Origin: Octopus sinensis
Lineage: Eukaryota
NCBI RefSeq assembly: GCF_006345805.1
Contig: NC_043006.1
Span: 101,060,001 to 101,124,000, forward strand
Reading direction: 5' to 3'
Length of the DNA: 64,000 bases
The translations under genes were made by a program, and so were the position numbers. Below, in pieces: positions 26,911-38,395 of the stretch; within the stretch, counting starts at the first letter, position 1; each line of letters opens with the position of its first letter. The notes beneath the pieces are model-generated. The model ran no database searches. It was given only the letters and a program-made list of their open reading frames with translations, and was not told where the DNA came from.

Positions 26911-26915
<5 letters not shown>
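26789..26915 (-). ncRNA. Minimal type-I hammerhead ribozyme with extended helix II (copy 2)
   Basis: Same motif as copy 1. Confidence 0.7.
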
Positions 26916-26954
<39 letters not shown>

Positions 26955-27522
26955 ATATGATAATAATAAAAATAACAACAACAACAACAACAACAATAAT
27001 TATAATAATAACAATAACAATAATAATATTAGGAAATATGATTCCAAACTTACAGGGAAAAATTCAATTTAGTAATACTAAATCAAATTTCATATATATA
27101 TAAATTTATATAAATTAGAGAAGAACCACCATGTAGCAATTCAACAATTATATTCTTAAATCATACCATAGAGAAAAAAATTAAAGATACAATAAAACAT
27201 TTACTTAGAACTAATAAAGTATGAAATAATAAATAAATAGTATGTAATTAATTAATTAATATATTTAATAATTAATAAATAGACTATTTATATACATTTA
27301 TTTATTATTTCGTACTTTATTTAGCTCTTGGTAAATGTTTTATCGTATCTTTAATTTTTTTCTATATGGTATGATTTAAGAATATCATTGTTGAATTACT
27401 ATCTTGACTGTGGCCATGCTGGAGCACCGCCTTCGGTCGAGAAAATCGACCATGGGACTTATTCTTTGTAAGCCCAGTACTTATTCTATCTTTATCTTCT
27501 CTAATTTATATAAATTTATATA

Positions 27523-27589
<67 letters not shown>

Positions 27590-28101
27590 TCACACATACA
27601 CACACACACCTGTGTGTATGCATATCGTGCGCAGACAGGATGCCAAATGTACAATGCGGAACAGACATAGAGCTGAATGGACATTATAATAAAAAAAACA
27701 TTCCTACTAACATAGTTTAATTATTAAATCACCAATTTGGCACTTAAGATATAACGAGATTAAAAATAGTTAAAAATAATAATGGAAAAACCATTCCTAC
27801 CTACATAATTTAATGACCAGTTCACCAATTGTCACTTAAGATTTAACGAGATTAAAAATAGTTAATCTCAAAAACACCTTTTCCTAATAGATAAAAATTA
27901 TAATAAAATAAATATATCTACCTACATAGTCTAATGACCAATTCACTAATTTAGCACTTAAGATTTAATGAGATTAAAAACAGTTCACAATTTAATTACA
28001 TTTTTTTTAAAGTAAATCATTTTATCCCCACAGTTTGACCATGGAATTCACTAAAACAGCACATTGTGGTAGAAAGCTCCTTCTTAATAGATATACATAC
28101 A

Positions 28102-28499
28102 TCTTTATATATAAAAGTAAGGTTTTGTGCTGTCTGTCTCCTACGATTTAGATTCCTAACTACTCCCACATTTTGTGGTGCAGTTTAACCAAAACCGGGT
28201 GTCTTATAGTCGTGATTCATATCGAGCCCTTCTGGGTATTAGCGCACGTCTACGATGAGTCTACGATTTAAAAAAAAATTTACCATCAATTTTTCCCATT
28301 TTTAATGCATTTTTGGCATATATATAAGGGAAGTAACTCTCTAAAAATTTATTATTAAATCTCAGAACGTAGAAAGCTACAGTAACACCCCCCCTTTGTG
28401 GTTAGCCATGTTGAGATGGCTATTATACTTTACATCTCTAAAAATGCTTATATAGTTATTTCCCTTACAAACCCGAGCAACGCCGGGCGATACTGCTAG
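28102..28499 (+). mobile_element. Non-autonomous Helitron (398 bp) inserted in the MULE FLYWCH coding sequence
   Basis: A|TCTTTATATATAAAAG...CCCGAGCAACGCCGGG-CGATACTG-CTAG|T; no TSD; excision restores TAC-ATT-GTT-GAT (YIVD). Confidence 0.9.
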
Positions 28500-29794
28500 T
28501 TGTTGATAAAAAAGTTAAGGAAACCACTTACTGGAGGTGTGAAAAACGAAAAGTGTGCAGTACTAGAATTAGAAGTATAAGTGATACCGAACAGGGAAAT
28601 GCTTCAAATAATTCACATCCTCCAGATGGTGCTTATATTAACGTTTTAAAAGCTTTGGATAAAATGAAGACTAGAGCTGAACATACAGAAGAGGGGACGA
28701 CAAGAGGTGTAATTAATAATGTTATGGAAGAGTTGCCTCTCAGCATTGATGGTTCTCTGCCTAAAAGAGAAGTGGTTGAGAGAATGGAAAGGCAAGCAAG
28801 AAAGATTGATGATAGTGAAGACTTGGACATGACAACACGTGGAGAAAATTTTCAGCTTTATGGAACTACTGCTGTTTCTATTTTATCAACAATCTAAAAT
28901 TACTATCAAGTAAACAAAGATGGTTTGGCAATGGAACATTTGCCTCTGCCCCCCCCTAGGCAAACAGCTGTACATGCAATTATTGTTCGAGGGAGCAAAA
29001 CCTTGCTATTGGTGTATTGCATTACAATTAACAAAGAAGAGAAAACGTAGGACAAAATTTTTACAATTTTGAAAAGCCAAAGTGTTCAGGATCCAGATTC
29101 GATAAGAATCAATTTCAAACAAGCAACAATAAATAGCATTGAGAAGAACCTTCCAAATACATCAATACTGGGTTGTTTCTTTCTTTCTGGGCAAGTGGTA
29201 TGTTGAAACCAGTAATGCCCTTTCCATCAAACAGTTACAGCCACAGATATGCATGAATTATTTTACAAATTGGTGAATTCCTTAGATGCTGAAATTGATG
29301 AGTTATTAAATGATTATTTTGTTTACTTTGAAATTAAATGATTAGGAATAGTCCAGAGAGGGCGTCAAAGGAAGCCAATTTTTTATGTTGATTTGTGATC
29401 TGTCTACACTCAAGTTCATGACAATTTGCTGAGAACAAACAATTTTCTTGAAGGCTGGCATCAGGCTTTTAAAAAAAGACTTTGCATCACTCATCTCACA
29501 GTCACCAAACTACTAAATGTTATCAGAAATGAGCAAGCATCCAATGAAATTCTAATTGAGCAGGCTACTATAGGAATTGACATATTACAACCTAACTAAA
29601 AATATGATACCATTAACAATAGGATAAAAACCATTTGTGGTTCTTATAATAAAGAAGCATTGGTGTTTCTACAATCTTTGGTTCCCTATTTTTAAATACT
29701 CTTATTTATTTTGGTCTTGTACATTTTAATACGTCAATTGTAATAATTTTAAAATAAACATCTGATCGCATTATTTTTGTATGTTTACATTGTG

Positions 29795-30090
29795 ATCATG
29801 TGACCGACCAGACCATCAGATGTTGCTACACATCGCTGGTCACAATGCATTCACATTGTTTTAGCCTTCGAATGACGCCACCCCACTGGCTAAGCGAGCA
29901 GGTCAACAGAAGAGTGAGAGAAAGAGTGGTGAAAGAGTACAGCAGGGATCACTACCCCATACCGGAGCCTCTTGGAGCTTTTAAGTGTTTTTGCTCAATA
30001 AACACACACAACGCCTGGTCTGGGAATTGAAACCGCAATCCTACGACTGCGAGTCCACTGCCCTAACCACTGGGCCATTACGCCACCACG
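29795..30090 (-). mobile_element. tRNA-derived SINE family C variant
   Basis: Minus-strand head GTGGCGTAATGGCCCAGTGGTTAGGGCAGTGGACTC; homologous to 41730-42030. Confidence 0.85.
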
Positions 30091-30354
30091 TTTACATTGT
30101 AAATCCAGTAAAGAAACCTACTTAAAAAGTGGTTTTATGTATCCATTTTTTCTACATTTTAGTTTGTCAAATGGTTGTATTGTAGGAATAAAATGATTAT
30201 CATATATTTTGATTTTTGTATGTCTTTTCGGCTTTATGTCCGTCTGACTTTATGTCTGCTTGCCATCTTGGCTTCGGCTTCTTGTCTTTCAGCAAAAGTG
30301 CATTCTGCATCCCATCTGTGTACCATGCATGTACGTATGTATCTATGTATGTAT

Positions 30355-30563
30355 ACTCTCTCTTTTTACTCTTTTACTCTTTTACTTGTTTCAGTCATTT
30401 GACTGCGGCCATGCTGGAGCACCGCCTTTAGTTGAGCAAATCGACCACGGGACTTATTCTTTGTAAGCCCAGTACTTATTCTATCAGTATCTTTTGTCAA
30501 ACCGCTAAGTGACGGGGACGTAAACAGACCAGCATCGGTTGTCAAGCAATGCTAGGGATACAA

Positions 30564-30602
<39 letters not shown>

Positions 30603-30765
30603 ACAGGCTTCTTTCAGTTTCCGTCTACCAAATCCACTCAAAAGGCATTGGTCGGCCCGGGACTATAGCAGAAGACACTTGCCCAAGATGCCACGCAGTG
30701 GGACTGAACCCAGAACCATGTGGTTGTTTAGCAAGCTACTTACCACACAGCCACTCCTGCGCCTA
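30355..30765 (-). mobile_element. SINE family A, full length
   Basis: Near-identical to 45000-45415. Confidence 0.9.
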
Positions 30766-31239
30766 TGTATGTATTTATGTATGTATGTACGTATGGATGT
30801 ATGCATGTATGAATGTATGTATGTATGTATCTATCTAGCTAGCTAGCTAGCTAGCTGTCTATCTATGTGTGTATGTATGTAAGTGTGTGTATATATGTAA
30901 GAGTGTGTGTATGTGTGTGTGCATCTATGTTTGTATGTATCTGGAAGTTTCTCATCTGTGTGACGCTTGCAGTTAAATTTGGACAAAATAAATACAGGAT
31001 GCTGAAACATTTAACTTTAGTCAACACAGGCATAGGGTTTAGAAGTTAATATGATATGAGATATCCAAAGTCAACTTCACCTTTCATCCTTTCAAGAGTC
31101 AATAAAAAAAAGGTACCAACTCAGGCTAAAATATTACAATGATAAAGCTGAAGTAAAGAGAATAATAAAACTGAAGTGCATGTGTTAAACTGGCAAAATG
31201 TGAACGTCTTTAAGGATAACTATATACATATACACATAT

Positions 31240-31470
31240 CCAAGGCGTTGGCAGACTCGTTAGCACGCCGGGCGAAATGCTTAGCGGTATTTCGTCTGTC
31301 TTTACGTCCTGAGTTCAAATTCTGCCGAGGTCGACTTTACCTTTCATCCTTTCGGGGTCGATAAATAAGGTACCAGTTTCGCACTGGGGTCGATGTAATC
31401 GACTTAATCCCTTTGTCTGTCCTTGTTTGTCCCCTCTATGTTTAGCCCCTTGTGGGCAATAAAGAAATAT
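31240..31470 (+). mobile_element. SINE family B, full length
   Basis: GTTAGCACGCCGGGCGAAATGC...GTGGGCAATAAAGAAAT. Confidence 0.9.
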
Positions 31471-31559
31471 ATATACATATCCAAATATGAATTAGGTTCA
31501 AAAACCATCTGCTGATAATACACACACACACATTTATATATGTATATATATATATATAG

Positions 31560-31705
31560 TTTTGGCATTAGGAAGAGCACCCAGCTATAGAAACAGCCAG
31601 ATCAAGATTGGAGCCTGGTGTAGCCATCTCGTTCACCAGGCCTCAGTCAAATCGTCCAACCCATGCTACCATGGAAAGCAGACGTTAAATGATGATGATG
31701 ATGAT
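31560..31705 (+). mobile_element. RTE 3'-end fragment with (GAT)n tail
   Basis: TTGGCATTAGGAAGAGCACCCAGC...CATGGAAAGCAGACGTTAAATGATGATG. Confidence 0.8.
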
Positions 31706-32034
31706 ACATATGTATATATATGTATATGTATATATATGTGTGTATATATATAGTCTTAAAAAAATGGTGTATTAAGCCAATACTCTGATAAATTACAAGT
31801 CTATAATATTTTGAGCCTACGCTCTGCTACAGAAAGGATAGATGAGGAGAGAGAAAGAAAGAAAAAACGTGTCTGAGTCAAACCGTCAAAGCATGCTGAA
31901 ATGACTGAAAGAGGAAGTTGGCTGGAGGTGTGGGTGACAAGGGAGACAACCGCAACCGAGCATAAGTGTATATGTGTGCGTGCATATGTGTATGTGTGTG
32001 TACATGTGTGTGTGTGTATGTATACATGCACATA

Positions 32035-32400
32035 TCTTATTGCTTGCCAAAGCATGCTCAATATCGCTGTAGCAGACTTCTCAAGGGTAACATGAAATTT
32101 CACATTGGCGCTTTGTTCCAACTTCCTGCTCATGGCAAGTATCACAGCCTACAGCATACACCTGATCGCTAAAACACAAATCTCACAACTTGTGAAGTAA
32201 ACACAGCAACGTCATTCAGCACACTTTATGATGCTCACTGCCAGCTCTCACTACACATGCAACCGTGTGCTGCCATCTGTTGGCACACTACAGAATTAAT
32301 CCAAGAATGTTTTGATGCCACATAGAGGGACAGCTACACTTCCTGCCAACAGGATAATTACACCCGACTCGTAACTTTTACCGACATTTAGAGACAACCC
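32035..32400 (-). mobile_element. Mariner 5' transposase fragment
   Basis: LEQSANVKFHVTLEKSATAILSMLWQA resembles mariner EQRANIKFC.KLGK.ATET. Confidence 0.6.
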
Positions 32401-33038
32401 TTCTGGCAAGCAGTATCACTTCACCAGCATGCCTATTCTGTTCCATTTAAAATATGAGGGCAGCAACCTTGAATAGTAATTGATGCAGTGAAGATTCATA
32501 GATGATAATCACCTTGTACAACACAAAGGCTCATTGAACGTCGAGCTTTATTCTGCACTACTCAAGGAAGTGTCACTGACCAAGAGGGCTAAGTTTAAGC
32601 TAATCAAATAATTATTACTTGTGCTGATTTTGTTATTTATTAAAGACATCCTTAACTACTACAAACTATATAATATCCCTCTATCCTCCTATTTCTTTCT
32701 CTTTCCCTCCTCCTCTGTCTCCCACTTTCCCTCTACCTCTCTTTCCTAATGGTTTCATCTGTGAAGATTCATTTAGGGAAGTAGCAACTGTGTTCAACAT
32801 GGCAATTCATTGAACTTGGCAAATTATTTCCCATTTCTCACTGAAGCCTCATCAACTAAGGGTGCTAAGTTTAAACTAATCAGTAATTATTAATCCTGCC
32901 AGTTTATTGTTATTCAGAGTATCAATAACTGCTAGGATTGTACATATGCTCTCAAATCATATAGGCTTTCTTTCTTTCTCTCCCTTGTTTCATATACATT
33001 GTTAATAAATATATATACATATATGTGTGTATATATAT

Positions 33039-33069
<31 letters not shown>

Positions 33070-33101
33070 GTATATGATTGAAAAGGAACACACGAGTTGA
33101 T

Positions 33102-33449
33102 ATATATGAAAAAATAAGTCAAAATAGAAAATGCTAAAATAATTTTATAAAGAACATTTCAGTACCGGTTTCAGTCATTTTGAGACCTTTTCAACTGTAA
33201 CGATTAAATAATTAAATTTAGAAAAATTAAAAGAAATGTTTTTTTAAAGAGCAAGGCAGAAACAAGGAAAATGTCACTTATATTTGAATAAACAAATATT
33301 CCTTTAAAAAAACATTTCTTTTAATTTTTCTAAATTTAATTATTTAATCGTTACAGTTGAAAAGGTCTCAAAATGACTGAAACCGGTACTGAAATGTTCT
33401 TTATAAAATTATTTTAGCATTTTCTATTTTGACTTATTTTTTCATATAT
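33102..33449. repeat. Perfect inverted repeat, 148-bp arms with 52-bp spacer, each arm carrying a hammerhead motif
   Basis: 33102-33249 is the reverse complement of 33302-33449 (no mismatch seen by eye). Confidence 0.92.
33354..33391 (+). ncRNA. Minimal type-I hammerhead, U3-A8 core variant (mirror copy at 33160-33197, minus strand)
   Basis: CAG-TTGAAAA-GGTC-tcaaaat-GACT-GAA-ACCGGT-A-CTG. Confidence 0.6.
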
Positions 33450-33559
33450 GTATATATATATATATATATATACACACATGCACAGACACACATATATATA
33501 CACACACTCATATATATACATGCCTTTCAGTTGTAAATTTTGAGTAAGCTGCCTTTAAT

Positions 33560-33915
33560 ATTTATATATATAAATCTGAGACCCACTTCGGTTACAACAC
33601 AGACCATGGGATTGCACCTAGAAAGTTACCCTCCCAGGCACAAGTCCGGGCAAGGTTGTTTATGGAAGACCAGCAGTCGCCCATGCATAACAGCCTCCCC
33701 TCTCCACACCACCAGTGTTATCCAAGGGAAAGGCAAAGGGGCCGATACAGCTTGGCGCCTGTGATGTCACAACTCATTTGTACAGCTGAGTGAAATGGAG
33801 CAATGTGAAATACAGTGTCTTGCTCAAGAACACAACATGCAGCCTGGTCTGGGATTCAAGCTCAACAACCTCACGATTGTAAGCTCGACGCTCTAACCAC
33901 TGAGCCATGCGCCTT
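33560..33915 (-). mobile_element. tRNA-derived SINE family D
   Basis: Minus-strand head GGCGCATGGCTCAGTGGTTAGAGCGTCGAGCTTAC; homologous to 59905-60235. Confidence 0.85.
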
Positions 33916-33943
33916 CACGTATATATGTATGTATGTATATATA

Positions 33944-33993
<50 letters not shown>

Positions 33994-34010
33994 TATATAT
34001 ATATATATAC

Positions 34011-34060
<50 letters not shown>

Positions 34061-34432
34061 TATATACATACATATATATATCAAAAGAAATCTTTGAGCT
34101 GATGAAGGAAATGTTGATCTTTATATTCAACTAATCCAGAAATGGCCGTTCTCAGGTGATCTTTCATTATTTTTCCCTCTATACCTGTGTGAATTATTTT
34201 TGAGTATGCATTGTCTGGGAGATTTTTCTTATAGTAGAAGAAATAGCTAAGATTTTTTGGCTGCTATTTCTAAAAGTTCGGTGTGTGGTAAAGTAAATTA
34301 TTTTACTGAACCCTAATTATATAACATATATATATATATATTTGTGTGTGTTTGTGTATCCTTGTGAGAAGTTTCACAATGTTTTAGTAACTTATTTGCT
34401 TTATTTGACAAGTTAAAACAAAAGCAGCCTCA

Positions 34433-34748
34433 TACAGTTCTATATTTAAGAGATGAGGAATTATGTGCATTATTTACATTATTTACATTCGACAGATATT
34501 TGTCCTCATCTTGTTTTTTGTTAACATAATGTTTCGGCTGTCTTAGGTGTCTTAGGAAACTTTTGAACCTGGGTTATCATTCCTAAGGTATTTTTCAATG
34601 TTATTACTATCATTATTGTTATTAATGTTGTTATTATTATTATTATTATTATTGTTGTTGTTGTTGTTGTTGTTCGGGTCACTGCTTGGAATTGAACTCA
34701 GAATCTTGCGGTTAGTAAACCGCACTCTTGATCACTACGCCATATGCC
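34433..34748 (-). mobile_element. tRNA-headed SINE with a Penelope/hammerhead-type 3' body (hammerhead core deleted in this copy)
   Basis: Head 34748-34673 has A-box TGGCGTAGTGA and B-box GAGTTCAATTCC; then (AAC/AAT)n; the body matches the inverted copy at 34800-34945. Confidence 0.7.
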
Positions 34749-34751
34749 TTT

Positions 34752-34945
34752 GGGCTACTAACTCCAAGATTCTGTATGAGGCTGACATGAACAATAATAA
34801 TAATAATAACATCGAAAAATACCTTAGGAATGGGAACCCAGGTTCGAAATTTCCGCAAGATACCTGAAGAAGGCTGGAGGGTATATCAGCCAAAATGCTG
34901 TGTTAACAACAAACAAGATGAGGACAAATATCCGTTGAATGCTAA
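34752..34945 (+). mobile_element. Second, inverted, truncated copy of the same SINE with a hammerhead motif at 34859-34904
   Basis: GGGCTACTAACTCCAAGATTC head remnant, (AAT)n, GATAC-CTGAAGA-A-GGCTG-gagggtatat-CAGCC-AAAATGCT-GTGTT. Confidence 0.7.
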
Positions 34946-35534
34946 TTAATGGATTTGCCTTTATGGCATGAAACACAGCCTTGGAATCCTCAATTTTACA
35001 GCTACCAGACCTTGTCTGATTATCAAGGGTCTTGTAACCCAAACAAAATTTCTTGAACCATATTGTGATCCTGTACACCTTCACCTTTCACACAGCAAAT
35101 ATTTTTGTTTGTTTCCGCATCATTATGGCCCAGTTCCAACTCATAAAGCCTAAGTTCTCAAATTAGACTACGTTTCATGATCCTCTGTGTGGCTCACAAA
35201 TCACAGACAACTGAAGCAATGCATTTCTGAGAGCACCAACTGCCACATTGCTACCAACCTCAAGGGGCACCTCCCATGGTTTGAACTAATTTGGTCACAT
35301 GATATACAGGTCACAAACTAGCACATATACAAATATTGGTTTCAAATTTTGGTACAAGGCCAGCAATCAATGTCAGTATTCAACTAGTACTTATTTTGTC
35401 AGGTGTGCTAACTATTCTGCCTACTTGCTACGTTCAGACATGCAAATATTGCAAAACTTTTGACTGACCTCAATATAAGGTAGCACATACGAAGAGAGTG
35501 AATAAGAAATAGAGACCCACTAGAGAAGATTTTC

Positions 35535-35730
35535 TTATTTATTTATTGCCCACAAGGGGCTAAACATAGAGGGGACAAACAAGGACAGACAAAGGGATTT
35601 ATCGACCCCGAAAAGCTGAAAGGCAAAGTCGACCTCGGCGGAATTTGAACTCAGACTCAGACGTAACGGCAGATGAAATACCGCTAAGCATTTCGCCTGG
35701 CGTGCTAACGTTTCTGCCAGCTCGCCACCT
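35535..35730 (-). mobile_element. SINE family B with ~16-bp TSD
   Basis: Flanked by ACTAGAGAAGATTTTCT and ACTAGAGAAGAGTTTCT. Confidence 0.85.
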
Positions 35731-35939
35731 TACTAGAGAAGAGTTTCTATGAGCCAACCTGCTGTGATTGATAGACCAGATCTATGGCCAGAGCAAGGTT
35801 CCAACTAGACTGAATGTGATACAGTGGTGGAATGGTACTGTAGACAGATGGAAAAAAGTTAAAAGGCAGGCTTGGAAATGTTGAAAGAAGAGGATGAGCA
35901 GAGAACAATATCAGGTAGATAGAAGGCTGCTATACACCA

Positions 35940-36392
35940 GACTTCAAACTTGAAATGCTCAAAGCCACAGTCGAACCAATTCTACCAAATGGCTCAGAAA
36001 CCTGGACGTTATCAAAGAAGCTTGAGAGGCGGTTGGATGGAACCTACACTCGCCTCCTTATGAGAGCTCAAAATCTCTCGTGGAAGCGTCATCCAACCAA
36101 AATGCAAATATATGGGAAACTACCACCTGTGTCATCTCTTGTGAAAGGTAAGAGAGTCCAGTTTGCTGGACATTGTTGTAGAGCTGAAAAAGAGGCAATT
36201 TCTACTCTTCTCCTCTGGAAGCCATCTACTCGCAATACCAGAGGGTGCACACTCTCCTACCCTGATGTAATCTCCAGTGATACAGGCATCCAGCAACAGG
36301 ACCTCTGTAATGCCATGATGGACCGTGAAGTCTGGCCTAGCATGGTAAGTTCCATTGTCTCGACCACGGTCGAACAATGATGATGATGATAC
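35940..36392 (+). mobile_element. 3' fragment of a second RTE/RTE-X-like LINE family
   Basis: ORF 35955..36380 (GSETWTL, FAGHC, DR..W) followed directly by a (TGA)n tail. Confidence 0.8.
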
Positions 36393-36439
36393 ACCAATTA
36401 TACATAATTTGAAGAGAGGCTGAACATAAAAAAGTGCCA

Positions 36440-37125
36440 GTGTTTTGCAGTGAGAAGACCAAAGGTTTGAGATGCCTCAGCTTGCCAGGTAGTGTGTCAG
36501 AGTGAATGGATGGGAAAAAATAGATACAGATCGACAGCAGTGTACTTAGCTTCACTAATACCAAGAAGAAAGAAGCTTGCAAGTGCTACTAAGAAATGTT
36601 ATTGAATAAGGAGAACGCACAAGAGAAAGAGTAATTATTTCAAGTAGATTCAACAGAAAGATCAGTTATTAAAGCTGACAGTTATATGGTGAAAGTATAA
36701 TTAAAGGATATGAAGATAGGGAAAGCAATTGGAATATGATGTATTGTCAGTGATGTGTTGAAATTATTTGGTGCTTGTCACAGACAGAGTCAATCAGGTA
36801 GTACAGAGCATTGTCATACACAATGATTGATGCAGCAGTATCATTGTCAGTGGCTACAAAAGCAAAGGCGAAGCTCCAAAAAGAAACAAGTATTGGGGCA
36901 TCAAATTGACGGACAAGGTTCCGAGTATGACAGAAAGAGCAACGGTACAAATGACTTGGAAGAGAATTCGTTTGAATGAGATTCAGTTCAAGCTTGTACC
37001 AGGGTGGTTTACCCCAGATATTTGTTCTTGGTAAGACAACTGCAATAGAAGTTCTTAGCTAAGTGTAAGTAGCTACACCTAGCATTTGATGACATAAAGA
37101 AGACTTTTGACAAATAACTACACTG
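36440..37125 (+). mobile_element. Old decayed RTE RT fragment
   Basis: MKIGKA, SSIIV.GYK.KG, WGIKL, FLVRQLQ*KFLAK, AFDDIKKTFD align to the RT at 22100-22750. Confidence 0.7.
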
Positions 37126-37269
37126 TATTTTGATTTGTTGCTAACAAAACTATCTCTTTCTACACTTCCACTAATTTTTAAGGTCCACGTGGAAAAACCC
37201 ACAAAAGCCACAGGTGCCTGATCAACAGGGCAAAAGCCCTTCTTTAATTCCATTTTTTATAGGTGTACG

Positions 37270-38395
37270 CTCAGAATTGGTCCTTTCACACTCGCCATTC
37301 TTCCAACATTCACCCACCTTTCAACAAACTTGCTTGAAGGCAACACTTCCCTCACCACCCTAAACTTCCTTTTCAAATGAAACTTGAAAAAGTTAATGGG
37401 GGCTTGGCCAAAAAGGGGAGTGTCTGACTTTAGCCCTTTCAGACAAGTCCACCATACTACTGCTTTCGCTACAGCCAGTACACAAATAAAAACTGCCTGC
37501 CCCTCCGGCCAAAGGAGGGAAGTGGGGCAATTTTCACTATGGATTCAACTGATAGCCAGATCTATCCCACACTTGACAGCAGGTGTTCAGCATAAACCCA
37601 CAGGTCAACAATACATGGGCACTGGACGAGGGCATGAAGAATGGTTTCATCATTCTGGGTAGAACTCGGGCAGTCCCAGCTGATGGCACTTCTGTGCCTG
37701 TAAAGTTTATCTTGAACAGGCAGTACTCCTTGGTAGCACTGCCAGGCAAGGGATCTCTAGAAATTATCCATAGGTTTAGGCCTGAAAGTTAATCCTCATC
37801 AATACCCAGAGTTTCTCTGAGAACATCGTTGCACTTTCCCTACACTAGCCCTCTCTAGAACACTAGAGTGGGACTACCACTGACCGTGTTGCCCACATGC
37901 TGGAGGGTTGTGAGTGCTTAATGGCACTTGAGGTGCCAAGTGTCCCTCCTCGGTTTACACCTAATTCATGTTTGCAGCTCAGTCAAAGAGACAAGCTGTA
38001 GAAAAGTAAGACAAACGGTGACCACACCTGCTTACTGTCAAGGAAATGCTGGAGATGCCGTAGCCTGAGTACATGTCTGTGCATCAGCAACCACAGCATG
38101 TCCAGCCCTCTATTCAGTGGCTGTTGGCAGCAGATGGAGTGCCTGACCAGTGGAACATACCCCCTTCCTCAGAAAGCAGAAGAGTAAGTGCACCAGCTTG
38201 GTCAACCAGCAAATGGCGCAAGGGATGATGGTCAAGTGATGACGGATGTGATGTATGCATTCACCACCTCCACTCAACCTTTGAGGGACAGCTTCCTCTC
38301 AGCCCATTTCTGGGTGAGATTGGCTACCCTGCTCGTCACGTCATCCCAGTTTTTCTCAACCTAGAGGTCTGGACCAAACCAGACTCCAAGCAATT
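37270..38395 (-). mobile_element. Tx1/L1-clade LINE 3' portion, decayed
   Basis: LLGVWFGPDL.VEKNW..KWAERKLSLKG; LAWQCYQGVLPVQDKLYRH; DETILHALVQC zinc knuckle; FKFHLKRK..FVERWV. Confidence 0.8.

Larger units (their letters stand above)
25141..27570. repeat. Tandem duplication of a ~1.2-kb unit (2 copies) bounded by (TA)n
   Basis: ATCTTACAGCTGTTTCGGCC at 25561 and 26789 (period 1228); the copies differ by a few substitutions/indels and by microsatellite length. Confidence 0.93.
27632..30318 (+). mobile_element. Decayed Mutator-like (FLYWCH + MULE) DNA transposon
   Basis: MEFTK..KLLLNRYTYIVDKKVKETTYWRCEKRKVC..HPPD (FLYWCH); FGNGTFASA (DGTF), GCFF, RTNNFLEGWHQAF; imperfect TIR CAGACAGGATGCCAAATGTAC vs CAGATGGGATGCAGAATGCAC; three ~100-bp subterminal repeats at 27695-27985. 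Confidence 0.8.

Noticed and set aside
34673-34748. This and other tRNA-like heads as genuine tRNA genes
   Set aside because: Acceptor stems do not pair properly, and each head continues into a repeated SINE body
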